Position numbers and translations under genes: made by a program. A DNA stretch of 64,000 nucleotides, taken from assembly GCA_964016885.1 (NCBI GenBank), contig OZ024757.1:20212001-20276000 (forward strand), read 5' to 3'. This document shows positions 27,330 to 40,913 of the stretch, in pieces. The notes beneath the pieces were generated by a model. That model was not told the origin of the DNA. It ran no database searches and saw only the letters and a list, made by a program, of their open reading frames with translations. Origin of the DNA: Eledone cirrhosa (Eukaryota). Numbering within the stretch: position 1 is the stretch's first letter; the number at the start of each line of letters is the position of its first letter.

Positions 27330-27800
27330 CCCTTTAACATTCACATTATTTTATATATACTATTATATTTTAATGGTAAAGGCTTTACCTCACATAATAT
27401 CTCACATACGATTCACATTACTCTATATATACTATTATATTTTCATGGTAAAGGCTTTACCTCACATAACATTCACATTACTCTATATATACTATTATAT
27501 TTTAATGGTAAAGGCTTTACCTCACATAACCTTTACATTACTCTATATATACTATTATATTTTCATGGTAAAGGCTTTACATCACATAATATCTCACATA
27601 ACCTTTACATTACTCTATATATACTATTATATTTTAATGGTAAAGGCTTTACCTCACATAATATCGAATCTATGAGATTTTGAAAGTATTTATTTTGAAA
27701 ACAATACCTTAACATCAGTTTGAGCGACCAGTTACAGCCAGTTTCAACAGAAAAAGGGAGAGAATTCTGGCCGGTTTTGGCCAGTTTGAACACTAAAGGG
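27330..27800 (+). mobile_element. piggyBac-type MITE with 5 internal repeats
   Basis: TTAA|CCCTTT...AAAGGG|TTAA. Other copies at 46791-46987, 47199-47395, 63280-63489 (inverted) and 22690-22811 (partial, inverted). A second family lies at about 48858-49045. Confidence 0.85.
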
Positions 27801-28150
27801 TTAAGGGAGACAAGAAGAAATGCAAGAACAAGGGAGATAAATGCCACAAAACGTTTGATTTCTAGCTATTACACCTTGAAAATAGTTTTAGAAGTAGAGA
27901 TGTTGTGAGATGACTGTGAGACTTCAATAATTGTGATTGATATTTAGATTATCACCCGATTTGTAGAATAGAAGCATCTAAAAGGGTCAGTGTCGGAGAG
28001 GGCATCAGGCTGTAAAAATATTGTTTCAAACCAACCTGTCCGACCTATGCTGGCATAAAAAAGTGGCTATGCTGATGATGTTGATGATAATTATCAGATG
28101 GGTAGATGAATTGATGGATGTATGGTTTGTAGATATATAATTGGTCATGT

Positions 28151-28756
28151 GTATCACAGTTTTTTTAATAGGTACACTGTATCACAGTTTTTTTAATAGG
28201 TACACTATCAGTTTTTTTAATAGGTACACTGTATCCCAGTTTTTTTAATAGGTACACTGTATCAGTTTTTTTAATAGGTACACTGTATCCCAGTTTTTTT
28301 AATAGGTACACTGTATCACAGTTTTTTTAATAGGTACACTGTATCAGTTTTTTTAATAGGTACACTGTATCCCAGTTTTTTTAATAGGTACACTGTATCC
28401 CAGTTTTTTTAATAGGTACACTGTATCAGTTTTTTTAATAGGTACACTGTATCACAGTTTTTTTAATAGGTACACTGTATCACAGTTTTTTTAATAGGTA
28501 CACTGTATCACAGTTTTTTTAATAGGTACACTGTATCAGTTTTTTTAATAGGTACACTGTATCCCAGTTTTTTTAATAGGTACACTGTATCACAGTTTTT
28601 TTAATAGGTACACTGTATCAGTTTTTTTAATAGGTACACTGTATCACAGTTTTTTAATAGGTACACTGCATCCCAGTTTTTTTAATAGGTACACTGTATC
28701 AGTTTTTTTAATAGGTACACTGTATCCCAGTTTTTTTAATAGGTACACTGTATCCC
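28151..28756. repeat. 25-27-bp minisatellite (gtatc(ac)agtttttttaataggtacact)
   Basis: About 23 near-identical units. Confidence 0.95.
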
Positions 28757-29728
28757 TGTGTGTTATAAGAAAAAACTAAAAAGGGTTGGTGACAAGAAGA
28801 GCATCTGGCTGTAAAACATTGTCTCAAAACATCCCAACCCATGCTGGCATGGAGAAGTGGACATGAAAATGATGAACATGGGATGGAAGAAAGTATTATG
28901 ATATGACTTAATTAAATGAGGCAAGTGTCACATTATTTGATGAAGGTAGTAAATCTTTGCAAAGATATGGAGAATCTGAAAATATGGGCATCAGTCAATT
29001 ACAGGGTTAAAGTCTGTCTCAAAACCGGAGGTTCATTCGGCCAGTGCTTATCCCGGTTTCTGAGGCGTTAAGTGACAGAGTACAGTACTCATTATAAAGT
29101 GGTCGAGTAGGTGTCATGACAAAAGCACCCAGTTAAACCCCCAGCTATAGCTGGAAATCATTTTCAGCTGAGTATACTGGAGCAACTTGAAATTAAGTGT
29201 TTTGCTCAAGTACACCACCAAGTCGAGGAATCAAACCGATGACATTATGATTGTACATCCAACACCTTTACCACTAGGCCATGCACCTCCTCTAAAATTA
29301 AAAGCTTCCAACAGAATTTTATATAACAACAATAGAGCCGACCTTACCCAATTACACCTCTCAAAGGCGATGACACACGACCGTGACCTCTGGCGTCACG
29401 CAGTAATACAGAGTACCCGACCTCCCATGGGTACAAGCTGAAGCATATAGACAATATGCCCCCACACCCCCCCACCGCAAGGTGGTCGTGGAGGTGCCAC
29501 GGCAAAAAAGCACCCAGCCCACACTGTAAAGAGGTCGTGTAGGCGCCACGGCAAAAAAGCACCCAGCACTCACTGTAAATGAGGTTGGTGTTAGGAAGGG
29601 CATCCAGCTGTAGAAATCAGGCCAGATCAGTTCCTGTATGAGCAAGGCATGGTCAGCCGACCAGACACAGCCCACAACAGGACAACCCGTCTAACCCATG
29701 CTCGCGTGGAAGAACGGACGTAAAACGG

Positions 29729-29761
<33 letters not shown>

Positions 29762-29785
29762 TAACTGAGATGTTTGAACACACAA

Positions 29786-29879
29786 GACATATCTGAAGAC
29801 ACTTCGAATGCAGAGTCAGGTTCGATCTGTAACAGATCCTGCCTCGAGCCGATCGACGGAGAAACATGTGTAATATGTT
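29786..29879 (+). ncRNA. Type I hammerhead ribozyme with long stem II domain
   Basis: GACATAT-CTGAAGA-(61 nt)-GAAA-CATGTG-TA-ATATGTT. Decayed relatives at 4196-4286 plus 4673-4682, and at 32005-32093 (core CCGTCGA, GAAA-CAATTG-TA, stem I GTGT/ACAC). Confidence 0.75.
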
Positions 29880-30042
29880 AATAGATTGTGGTTTGATGCA
29901 TCACTAATTCCTCGTTCTTTATAATAGTATAATCTGCTCTGCGCGAGCATCGAGTGCTCTACCGGCATACCACCTACGGATGCATTTACCTGCAACCCTA
30001 CAACCCAACCACTATATATATATAATTGTTTCTACTTTAGGC

Positions 30043-30051
30043 ATATATATA

Positions 30052-30093
<42 letters not shown>

Positions 30094-30118
30094 TATATAT
30101 ATATACTATATATATATA

Positions 30119-30154
<36 letters not shown>

Positions 30155-30178
30155 GTTTCTACTTTAGGCATATATATA

Positions 30179-30218
<40 letters not shown>

Positions 30219-30309
30219 TATATATATATACTATATATATATATACTATATATATATATATATATAGTATATATATATATAGTATATATATATATACTAT
30301 ATATATATA

Positions 30310-30353
<44 letters not shown>

Positions 30354-30365
30354 TATATATATATA

Positions 30366-30396
<31 letters not shown>

Positions 30397-31350
30397 CTAT
30401 ATATATATATATATATACTATATATATATATATACTATATATATATATATATACTATATATATATATATATCCTATATATATATATATATACTATATATA
30501 TATATATATACTATATATATATACTATATATATATACTATATATATATATATATATATAGTATATATATATATACTATATATATATATATATATACTATA
30601 TATATATACTATATGTATATATATACTATATATATATAGTATATATATATATATAGTATAAATATATAGTATATATATATATATATAGTATATATATATA
30701 CTATATATATATATATATACTATATATATATAGTATATATATATATACTATATATATATATATACTATATATATATACTATATATATATAGTATATATAT
30801 ATATACTATATATATATATATACTATATATATATACTATATGTATATATATACTATATATATATACTATATATATATATATATATACTATATATATATAC
30901 TATATATATATATATATATACTATATATATATACTATATATATATATATATATACTATATATATATATATATATACTATATATATATATATATATACTAT
31001 ATATATATATATATATATATACTATATATATATATATATACTATATATATATATACTATATATATATACTATATATATATATATATACTATATATATATA
31101 CTATATATATATATATACTATATGTATATATATACTATATGTATATATATACTATATATATATATATACTATATATATATACTATATGTATATATATACT
31201 ATATGTATATATATACTATATATATATATATACTATATATATATATATACTATATATATATACTATATATATATATACTATATATATATACTATATATAT
31301 ATATATACTATATATATATATATATACTATATATATATATATATACTATA
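30043..31350. repeat. 1.3-kb (TA)n microsatellite with periodic C/G interruptions
   Basis: Seen directly. Confidence 0.95.
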
Positions 31351-31550
31351 AGTTAAAACAATGAAATAAAATATCAAGTCATTAGAAATATACTTCACTG
31401 CTTTACGATCGTTTCTAGATGGTGATAATACATTGTATCTATACTCAGTTATTGATCTATGGAAGTTTACAAACTATCAGATAGATATCACCAGCTGTTT
31501 TCAAAAGACCCCACAACTTACAGTGGATACCTCTGTGTATATATATATAT

Positions 31551-31880
31551 GGAGGCACATGGCTTAGTGGTTAGAGCATTGGCCTTGCAATCGAAAGGTT
31601 GTGAGTTCAATTCTCAGACCGGGTGATGTGTTGTTTCCTTGAGCAAGACACTTTATTTCACATTGCTCCAGTTTACTCAGATGTAGAAATGAGATGATAG
31701 GGACTGGGGTCCCTATCATTCCACTGCAAAGTGGTCGTGGAGGTGCCACGGCAAAAAAGCACCCAGCACTCACTGTAAATGAGGTTGGTGTTAGGAAGGG
31801 CATCCAGCTGTAGAATCAGTTCCCGTCCCACCCTTGCAAGCAGGGAAAAGTGGACGCAAAATGATGATGATGATGATGAT
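31551..31880 (+). mobile_element. tRNA-derived SINE with RTE-type 3' tail ending in (GAT)n
   Basis: A box TGGCTTAGTGG, B box GAGTTCAATTC, CCTTGAGCAAGACACTT central motif. Near-identical copies at 37220-37567 (+), 59329-59694 (+), 10676-11010 (-) and 51990-52230 (-). Variants at 57354-57566, 4287-4672 and 29346-29757. Confidence 0.85.
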
Positions 31881-32223
31881 ATATACATATATATATATAT
31901 ATGTATCCCGGGTTCAATCGGGGATAACCACAGTAAGTAAGGTACTCAATACATAGTAGAGTATATATAATATATAGAGAAAATATGCTCCGAAATCATT
32001 AGACGTGTCCGTCGAACCTGCGGGTCCAGAATCAGATCAGATCCACACAATGATCGCGTCTCAAGCTGTCCGCCGGGGAAACAATTGTAACACACAATAA
32101 ATCGAGTTCAGATGCATCACTGATTTTTCTTTTTTTATTATATTTATATTTGAAATATAACCTTTTTTTTATTTTTTCCGAGAGGTAGAGAGTGAAGGAG
32201 TGCAGAGAGAGAGAATGAGAGAG

Positions 32224-32272
<49 letters not shown>

Positions 32273-32280
32273 ATACCAAC

Positions 32281-32490
32281 CAAAGCATCACTGTCTATGC
32301 CGTCATTGGATGTGTTATTATCAGACTTGGATTTGGGTGAATCTGGTGGAGCCGGCTGGGTGTCATAGCCGACATCTTCTGGACGCAGGCGTTGTAAAGA
32401 TGGGGCATCATGGTTGCCTGAAGTGTTCCAAGGGTATGTTTCATTCACCCATTCAGCGGGGTCTTCCCATGGAGCCCTTCTTCCGTAAAG
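32281..32490 (-). CDS. NAV2: Neuron navigator exon (LYGRRAPWEDPAEWVNETYPW...LQRLRPEDVGYD...DGIDSDAL)
   Basis: tctattatttag acceptor, phase 0. LYGRRAPWEDP and LRPEDVG are NAV C-terminal motifs. The donor is either gttggt (exon ends 32281) or gtatag (exon ends 32277). Confidence 0.9.
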
Positions 32491-32789
32491 CTAAATAATA
32501 GAAATAGGGAGAAAATGACAGAATAAAAAAAAAACATGAGTATATTCTGCTAATTAACTGTCTTAATAATTGTTTCTACTTTTTGGCACAAGGCCAGCAA
32601 TTACCCAGTACGTTACTGGTACTTTATTTTATCGACCCCGTAAGGATGAAAGGCAAAGTTAACCTCGGCGAGATTTGAACTCAGAATGGCAAGGGCCGTA
32701 ACTCTATGCGTCAAAGCATGGCGTCCGACCCTCTACCGATACTGTCAATCCACTGTCTTAATAACAACAAAATTGTTTTATACTAACCA

Positions 32790-35120
32790 GGTCAGGCTTC
32801 TGCCCGCTACTGATACACTGTAACCCAGTACAACCTACATTGTGGTCGATATCAGGCCTGCCTGCTACTGATACCATGTAACCCAGTACAACCTGCTTCA
32901 TGGTCAAGTGGTCAACGATTAAACCAAACCCTGAAGGTAAGTGAAATCTCAGTAGCACAAAACCTAACTTCATGGTTAGGTCAGGCTTCTTCCTGCTACT
33001 GGTACCATGTAACCCAGTACAACCTGCTACTGGTACCATGTAACCCAGTACAACCTGCTTCATGGTTGATATCAGGCTTCTTCCTGCTACTGGTACCATG
33101 TAACCCAGTACAACCTACTTCATGGTTGATATCAGGCTTCTTCCTGCTACTGGTACCATGTAACCCAGTACAACCTGCTTCATGGTTGATATCAGGCTTC
33201 TTCCTGCTACTGATGCCATGTAACCCAGTACAACCTGCTTCATGGTTGATATCAGGCTTCTTCCTGCTACTGGTACCATGTAACCCAGTACAACCTACTT
33301 CATGGTTGATATCAGGCTTCTTCCTGCTACTGATGCCATGTAACCCAGTACAACCTACTTCATGGTTGATATCAGGCTTCTTCCTGCTACTGGTACCATG
33401 TAACCCAGTACAACCTGCTTCATGGTTGATATCAGGCTTCTTCCTGCTACTGGTACCATGTAACCCAGTACAACCTGCTTCATGGTTGATATCAGGCTTC
33501 TTCCTGCTACTGGTACCATGTAACCCAGTACAACCTGCTTCATGGTTGATATCAGGCCTGCCTGCTACTGGTACCATGTAACCCAGTACAACCTGCTTCA
33601 TGGTTGATATCAGGCTTCTTCCTGCTACTGATGCCATGTAACCCAGTACAACCTGCTTCATGGTTGATATCAGGCTTCTTCCTGCTACTGGTACCATGTA
33701 ACCCTGTACAACCTGCTTCATGGTTGATATCAGGCCTGCCTGCTACTGGTACCATGTAACCCAGTACAACCTGCTTCATGGTTGATATCAGGCTTCTTCC
33801 TGCTACTGGTACCATGTAACCCAGTACAACCTGCTTCATGGTTGATATCAGGCCTGCCTGCTACTGATACCATGTAACCCAGTACAACCTGCTTCATGGT
33901 TGATATCAGGCTTCTTCCTGCTACTGGTACCATGTAACCCTGTACAACCTGCTTCATGGTTGATATCAGGCCTGCCTGCTACTGGTACCATGTAACCCAG
34001 TACAACCTGCTTCATGGTTGATATCAGGCTTCTTCCTGCTACTGGTACCATGTAACCCTGTACAACCTGCTTCATGGTTGATATCAGGCCTGCCTGCTAC
34101 TGATACCATGTAACCCAGTACAACCTGCTTCATGGTTGATATCAGGCTTCTTCCTGCTACTGGTACCATGTAACCCAGTACAACCTGCTTCATGGTTGAT
34201 ATCAGGCTTCTTCCTGCTACTGGTACCATGTAACCCAGTACAACCTACTTCATGGTTGATATCAGGCTTCTTCCTGCTACTGGTACCATGTAACCCAGTA
34301 CAACCTGCTTCATGGTTGATATCAGGCTTCTTCCTGCTACTGGTACCATGTAACCCAGTACAACCTGCTTCATGGTTGATATCAGGCTTCTTCCTGCTAC
34401 TGGTACCATGTAACCCAGTACAACCTGCTTCATGGTTGATATCAGGCTTCTTCCTGCTACTGGTACCATGTAACCCAGTACAACCTGCTTCATGGTTGAT
34501 ATCAGGCTTCTTCCTGCTACTGGTACCATGTAACCCAGTACAACCTGCTTCATGGTTGATATCAGGCTTCTTCCTGCTACTGGTACCATGTAACCCAATA
34601 CAACCTGCTTCATGGTTGATATCAGGCTTCTTCCTGCTACTGGTACCATGTAACCCAATACAACCTGCTTCATGGTTGATATCAGGCTTCTTCCTGCTAC
34701 TGGTACCATGTAACCCAGTACAACCTGCTTCATGGTTGATATCAGGCTTCTTCCTGCTACTGGTACCATGTAACCCAATACAACCTGCTTCATGGTTGAT
34801 ATCAGGCTTCTTCCTGCTACTGGTACCATGTAACCCAGTACAACCTGCATCATGGTTGATATCAGGCTTCTTCCTGCTACTGGTACCATGTAACCCAGTA
34901 CAACCTACTTCATGGTTGATATCAGGCTTCTTCCTGCTACTGGTACCATGTAACCCAGTACAACCTACTTCATGGTTAGGTCAGGCCAGGTGAGGTCAGG
35001 TCAGGTCAGGCTTTTGCTTGCTACTGATACCATGTAACCCAGTAGAACCCACTTCATGGTCAAGTGGTCAGGGACTAAACCAGAGCCCGAAGGTAAGTGA
35101 AACCCAGGTAGCACAAAACA
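32790..35120. repeat. 58/60-bp minisatellite (about 35 units) with duplicated flanking module
   Basis: Unit catggttgatatcaggcttcttcctgctactggtaccatgtaacccagtacaacctgctt. Module 32901-32962 is repeated at 35057-35119. Confidence 0.95.
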
Positions 35121-35361
35121 CAAGAAGTATTAAAAGGGCGGATGATCTACAGATTAAATATAATCGGAACTAAACAGAATATATCCCAAAACATAAGGAC
35201 CTATAAAGAACTGTAAGGTAACATCTCTACATCATTGTTATCATAATTTTAAACATTTACTGCCTAATTCACATTGTGGTAGCTTTCAAATAAAACACTA
35301 TTTCCTACACTTTACACAATGCTTCACGCAAACTAGGATACCCTCTCATGTATATCTTTAT

Positions 35362-35393
<32 letters not shown>

Positions 35394-35591
35394 TTATTTA
35401 TTTAGGTTTGTTGGTCCACCACTGGATAGAACTGGTCATTCCGTATGGTCAACCTCGATGTAATATTAGGGAGAGCACTCGATGTAATGCAACTCACCCG
35501 TCTTCGTTTGTGTAGTTGGTGGTGTGAGTACGGAGTTAATTATTATAAAATAACAGGAGGCTGGACTGGTGTAATTCCTTAAAGGTTTATT

Positions 35592-35649
35592 ATACTATGA
35601 ACATTTCAATGACCGGGTTCAGTATGAATCCGGTGACATCATCAGGTAT
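35592..35649 (-). ncRNA. Type I hammerhead ribozyme (intronic, sense to navigator)
   Basis: Reverse complement ATAC-CTGATGA-TGTCACCGGATTCA(tac)TGAACCCGGTCATT-GAAA-TGTTCA-TA-GTAT. Confidence 0.82.
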
Positions 35650-35827
35650 TCAAAATTTAACAAAGGAATATAATAGACAAAATCCATGGGGTTGAAAAGA
35701 GGAATTACCCCAGTCCAGCCTCCTGTTATTTTATAATATTATATATATTTATATATATATATATGTGTGTGTGTATGTATGTAAGCATATGCATGAGAGG
35801 GGGTCTATCTATCTATCTATCTATATA

Positions 35828-36213
35828 CAACTGATTCTTTTTTTCAAATACCACTTTGGAAGAAGAATCAGGATGGAGAGAGAGGTGCTGTACCCCAGCA
35901 AGTTTTATGAAAGGTGGGTGAAAGTGGCGAGAATGGCCCGAGTGAATGGGCGTTCTCTCTATATCAGCCTGTAGGTTGAGGAAAAGGAGGAGGAGAGGAA
36001 AGGAGTACAAGCTCTTCGTACTCCTGGAGATGAGGGTTGCACATTTTTTTTCCGGGGGTATGTGTTACCCATATAAACTGTCTCCCTCTATTGGGGAAAA
36101 TCGACTAACTTTTAAATTCCATCTGTGATAACATTTTACACGTTTTTATTGTATGTAAACTTCCCCCTTTGTATTTGTCCCCTTCTTTTGTGCCCCTGTG
36201 GCTAATAAAGAAA
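35828..36213 (+). mobile_element. L1/Tx1-like LINE 3' end
   Basis: FFKYHFGRRIRMERE....FYERW C-terminal pattern, ending at aataaagaaa into a TA-rich repeat. Confidence 0.5.
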
Positions 36214-36647
36214 TATATCTATATACATATAGATACATAGATATGTAAAATCCCGACTGCAGCGCCATCTGGTTCCGGCTTGTGTTCAGCAAACCTTTTC
36301 ATGGGTGTAGTAATATTTGTAGGGTATGAAAAAATAGGTCACTGGTGTTGGTAGTGCTTTGGTTGAGTTTATAATTGTTTCTACTTTTGGCAGAAGGCCA
36401 GCAATTATCCCAGTGTATTACTGGTACTTTATTTTCTCGACCCCCATAAGGATGAAAGGCAAAGTAAACCTCGGCGGGATTTGAACTCAGACCGTAAAGG
36501 GACGTAACTCTATGCTAGAAAGCATGGCGTCCAACCCTCTACCGATACTTATAACACTAGTAAACTGGTTAGATGGAGGAAGTGGGGGAAGAGACAGTGC
36601 TAAGTTTATCTGGACAGGTAAGGGGTCAGGAGAAGGAAGTAGTGTGG

Positions 36648-37006
36648 GTGAGGTGTAGGGGTGGTTAGTGGGTAAGAGTGGAGTAGGAGAAGGGGTATAA
36701 TAGTCTTAGAAATAGAGGGTGGAGGGGTAGGGTTATTTATAGATGGGGTTTACAGGCTGAAGTCATATTATGGGAAAACCTTTTTGTAGCTAGCAGCAGT
36801 AATATCTCCCTGAATTTTCTCTGTCCTGAGGTGTAGGGGTGGATAGTGGGTAAGAGTGGAGTAGGAGAAGGGGTATAATAGTCTTAGAAATAGAGGGTGG
36901 AGGGGTAGGGTTATTTATAGATGGGGTTTACAGGCTGAAATCATATTATGGGAAAACCTTTTTGTAGCTAGCAGCAGTAATATCTCCCTGAATTTTCTCC
37001 GTCCTG
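36648..37006. repeat. About 180-bp direct tandem duplication
   Basis: tgaggtgtaggggtgg...ttttctc(t/c)gtcctg occurs twice. Confidence 0.9.
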
Positions 37007-37151
37007 TTCTTACTCTGGCTACTGTACTTTCGGAACACCCTCCTCCAATGCTGGTTTGTTACGTCACTCATAACGATGCCCACCATGTACTCCAGTGTAT
37101 CCAGCCTGGAGCTGCCCAACATGACCATTGAAGTCCTCTGCTTAGCATAAC

Positions 37152-37191
<40 letters not shown>

Positions 37192-37833
37192 CATCAATAG
37201 ATGGAGGCACATGGCTGATGGAGGCACATGGCTTAGTGGTTAGAGCATTGGCCTTGCAATCGAAAGGTTGTGAGTTCAATTCTCAGACCGGGTGATATGT
37301 TGTGTCCTTGAGCAAGACACTTTATTTCACATTGCTCCAGTTTACTCAGCTGTAGAAATGAGATTATAGGGACTGGGGTCCCTATCATTCCACTGCAAAG
37401 TGGTTGTGGAGGTGCCACGGCAAAAAAGCACCCAGCACTCACTGTAAATGAGGTTGGTGTTAGGAAGGGCATCCAGCTGTAGAAATCAAGCCAGCATCAG
37501 TTCCCGTCCCACCCTTGCAAGCAGGGGGAAAGCGGACGTAAAATGAAATGATGATGATGATGATGATCGACAGTCGATCGACTTTCGTCAAATCGGACCG
37601 AGGGAACAATGTTTCCGTTGGTCTTTCCAATTGCTAATACTATCTATCGGTCGCAACTCCAGGTAGAAGGAGCAACGTGAAATAAAGTATCTTGCTCAAG
37701 GACATAACGCATCGCCCTGTCCAGGAATCGAACTCACAACCTCATATATATATATACATATACACATACATATATATATACACATACACACACACACACA
37801 TATATATATACACATACACACACACACATATTT

Positions 37834-37864
<31 letters not shown>

Positions 37865-39616
37865 CACATACACACACACACATATATATATATATATACA
37901 CACATACATACTTGGTTATATATATATATATATATCAAATGATTGGCACAGCAGCATCATTTTCAACTGCTATGAATGGGATTCATGTGAAATTGGACAA
38001 ATGAAGGGTAAAGGAGATGCACTAGATAGAGCAAGCTATGGAGGCATCAAGCTGATGGATTAGGTCATGAAAGTAACAGAAAGAGTTATAGCACAGCTTA
38101 TTAGGAACCGGGTAAATCTAGATGAGATGCAGTTTGGATTTGTACCAGGCAAAAACACCACAGAAGCTCTCTTCCTGGTGAAGCAGTTGCAGGAAAAGTA
38201 CCTAGCTAAAAGTAATCCCCTCTACTTGGTCTTTTTTGATCTAGAGAAAGCTTTCAAGAGACTGCCCCGTGCCATATATATGCTTGACCTCACCAAAATG
38301 AAAAGAAATATGATTACTTTGAATCGTAAATACAATGTTTAATTATACTGTTCACAAATGAATGTTGTAGTGTTCAATAAGCTTTTGTGTTGTGCATGAG
38401 TCTTTTATTTACCATGGGATGTGCCCTTAAATGTAAAGTGACAAATTGTAGTCAGCAGTGTGAAGCTAGCAGATGTAACAGTAAACCATTATATGGACAA
38501 GGTGTGTTGTACAGGTGAAAAGACTGTGAACTGAGTGATGCTGGGGCCACATGCCAGCCTAAGTATAATGACTGCTAGTTGTTTTACTTACTAGAATTTT
38601 TACTTATTTTCCATACGCTGATGTATGTATGTGCATATGCATACACTTATATGCATGAGTATATAAAAATAAACACGCAAACACAGACATACATTCACAC
38701 AAGCTCACACATACATTAACAAAAACACACACATACACAGCGTAGTTTTTTTTCCTCATCCCCTGCCTTCCTTTTACACACACACATACATTCACGCAGG
38801 CAGTAGATGTAAAGAGAGAGGAGTAGTACGAGGTAGTCAAACTACTCCGCTCTCTTTATGTGTTGTGACAGAACTGCAGAAATTTATATGTAGATAGATA
38901 ACAGATGGCCCTAGAAAATGTTCTCCTTCATACAATTGCCGCTTCTCTTCTCTGCGATGTCGCAGGTCACTCATTTGGTGGTCGTGTCGTTAAGGGAAAA
39001 AATACTGCGAGAAAACATTTCTTTCGCTACATATTTATGTGTATATACAAACATATACACAGTAAGTAAGAATTCTATATGATGTATACAATGTAAAACT
39101 TGGATACACAAGAGGTGTAGTGGAATAGCATGCAGGTAAACAGCAAAACTAGGCTTTGTATGTGGCAGGTGCACAGGGATAATTGGTATTAAGAACACCA
39201 GTGAAATAAACTTTGACCAGTCCAAGGAAAGTTCCATAGATAGCTCTTGTTACCTATGTGACCTAAGTAACAAGGAAGGAGGCTTATCTGAAAGCAAAGT
39301 AGCCAGAATAAGAAGAGAAGAGAAAAAGTTCAGGAAGCTACTATCACTGTTAGTGACAAAGAGTTTTTTCTCTCTCTGAGTGTAAGGCTGAGGTTGCATG
39401 ATGCTTGCATGTGAAACGCAATGAATACAAGGACTGAACAAAAATGGATCAAATATTTTCCAAAGGATGTGTGATATTAATGTGCATGAATGGCAACACA
39501 TCATTATTATTATCATTATTATAAGTTACGGCGTCGATAAAATAAAGTACCAGTAATACACTGGGTAATTGCTGACCTTGTGCCTAACGTAGAAACAATT
39601 ATTATAAGTTGAAAAA

Positions 39617-39800
39617 GGGCGATGGATTGGCAGTATCGGTAGAGGGTCGGACGCCATGCTTTGACGCATAGAGTTACGGCCCTTGCCATTCTGAGTTCAA
39701 ATCCCGCCGAGGTTAACTTTGCCTTTCATCCTTACGGGGTCGATAAAATAAAGTACCAGTAATGCACTGGTTATTGCTGGCTTTAGAAAACAATTATTAT
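39617..39800 (+). mobile_element. Second SINE family (tRNA-like head plus ctttgcctttcatccttacggggtcgataaaataaagtaccagt domain)
   Basis: A-box-like TGGCAGTATCGG and B box GAGTTCAAATC. Many copies: 1-140, 11700-11820, 11880-12000, 13571-13720, 16410-16600, 18885-19070, 32567-32760, 36372-36550, 45250-45420, 52250-52600, 60968-61145. The central domain resembles the widespread Meta/MESC-type domain (unverified). Confidence 0.85.
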
Positions 39801-40913
39801 AAGTAGAAACAATTATTATAAGTTGAAAGAGAAGAATTGGATGGAGTGTTCAGGACAGAAGACTGCCCTGGTATGGACACGTTGGTATGAATCGGGATGA
39901 TGATCCTTAACTGAAGAAGTGCCAAGCGATCCAAGTGGAAGGAAGCTGCAGAAGAGGAAGACTGAGGAAAACTTAGGCTGAAAAAGGTGATGCATGATCT
40001 CAAAATACTGAACCTCACAGAGGAGATGAAAAAGAAACACAAGTGACGGAAAGCTATGTTGGAGAAGACCTATCCAACTCATACAAGCATGGCAAGATGG
40101 ATGTTAAACAGTGATGAAGATGATAATAATATGTAAAATGTAAAATAAACACACTGTAAAATGGTTAGTGTTAGGAAGGGTATCCAGCTGTAGAATACCA
40201 AGTCAAAAAACGGGTCTGTGTGAGCAAGACATGGTCATCTGACCTGGTTAGCTCTGTAACATGACAACTCGTCCAACCCATGCCAGCATGGAAAATAGAC
40301 ATAAAAACGATGATAAGAGGGTGAAGATGATGATGTTTCCAGAGAAGTCTATGCTATCCAATGTATCCTTCTTTTACTAAGATGGTAAAGTGTGGTTTGA
40401 AGGGAATTTGATTGTTATATCAGACAATTCAGAGATTCTTGTTGGCTTCTTTAATTAAAAAAAGTCTAAAATCTGTCTTGAGCCTGAAGACATGCCAGGC
40501 CATGGCTTATCCCAGTTTCGATGTCATTAAGTGATTGAGAAGACTCTTCGCTAGACAGGACACCAGTCCATGGCAGGGTTAAACCCCCCAGCTATTGCTG
40601 CTGGTGCACCATTTCAGCTGAGTATACTGGAGCAGCATAAGATGAAGTGTTTTACTCAAGAACACAACACACAACCGTGTCAGAGAATCAAACCTACAAC
40701 ACTATCATTGTAAAACCAACTCCATCACTACTAGGCCATGTGCCTCCATTTCTTCAATAAAGATACTTCTAAACATCTTTAATGAAAATATTTTAGAATG
40801 CACTGCGCAGGCTTCCTTGAGAGGACAAGTCTCTCAGTTCTTAATGCACTGATTTTCTTTCTAAGCAGCACCCGGCATCAAGCCTTTCAATAGAGTGTAT
40901 AGCTCAGAGATCA

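Noticed and set aside
31551-31625. tRNA-Cys-like gene (GCA anticodon-like loop)
   Set aside because: No proper acceptor stem and always fused to a SINE body; it is a SINE head.
32996-34993. Long repetitive ORFs of up to 285 aa
   Set aside because: Consequence of a stop-free 60-bp unit; open on both strands, intronic, no splice or homology support.
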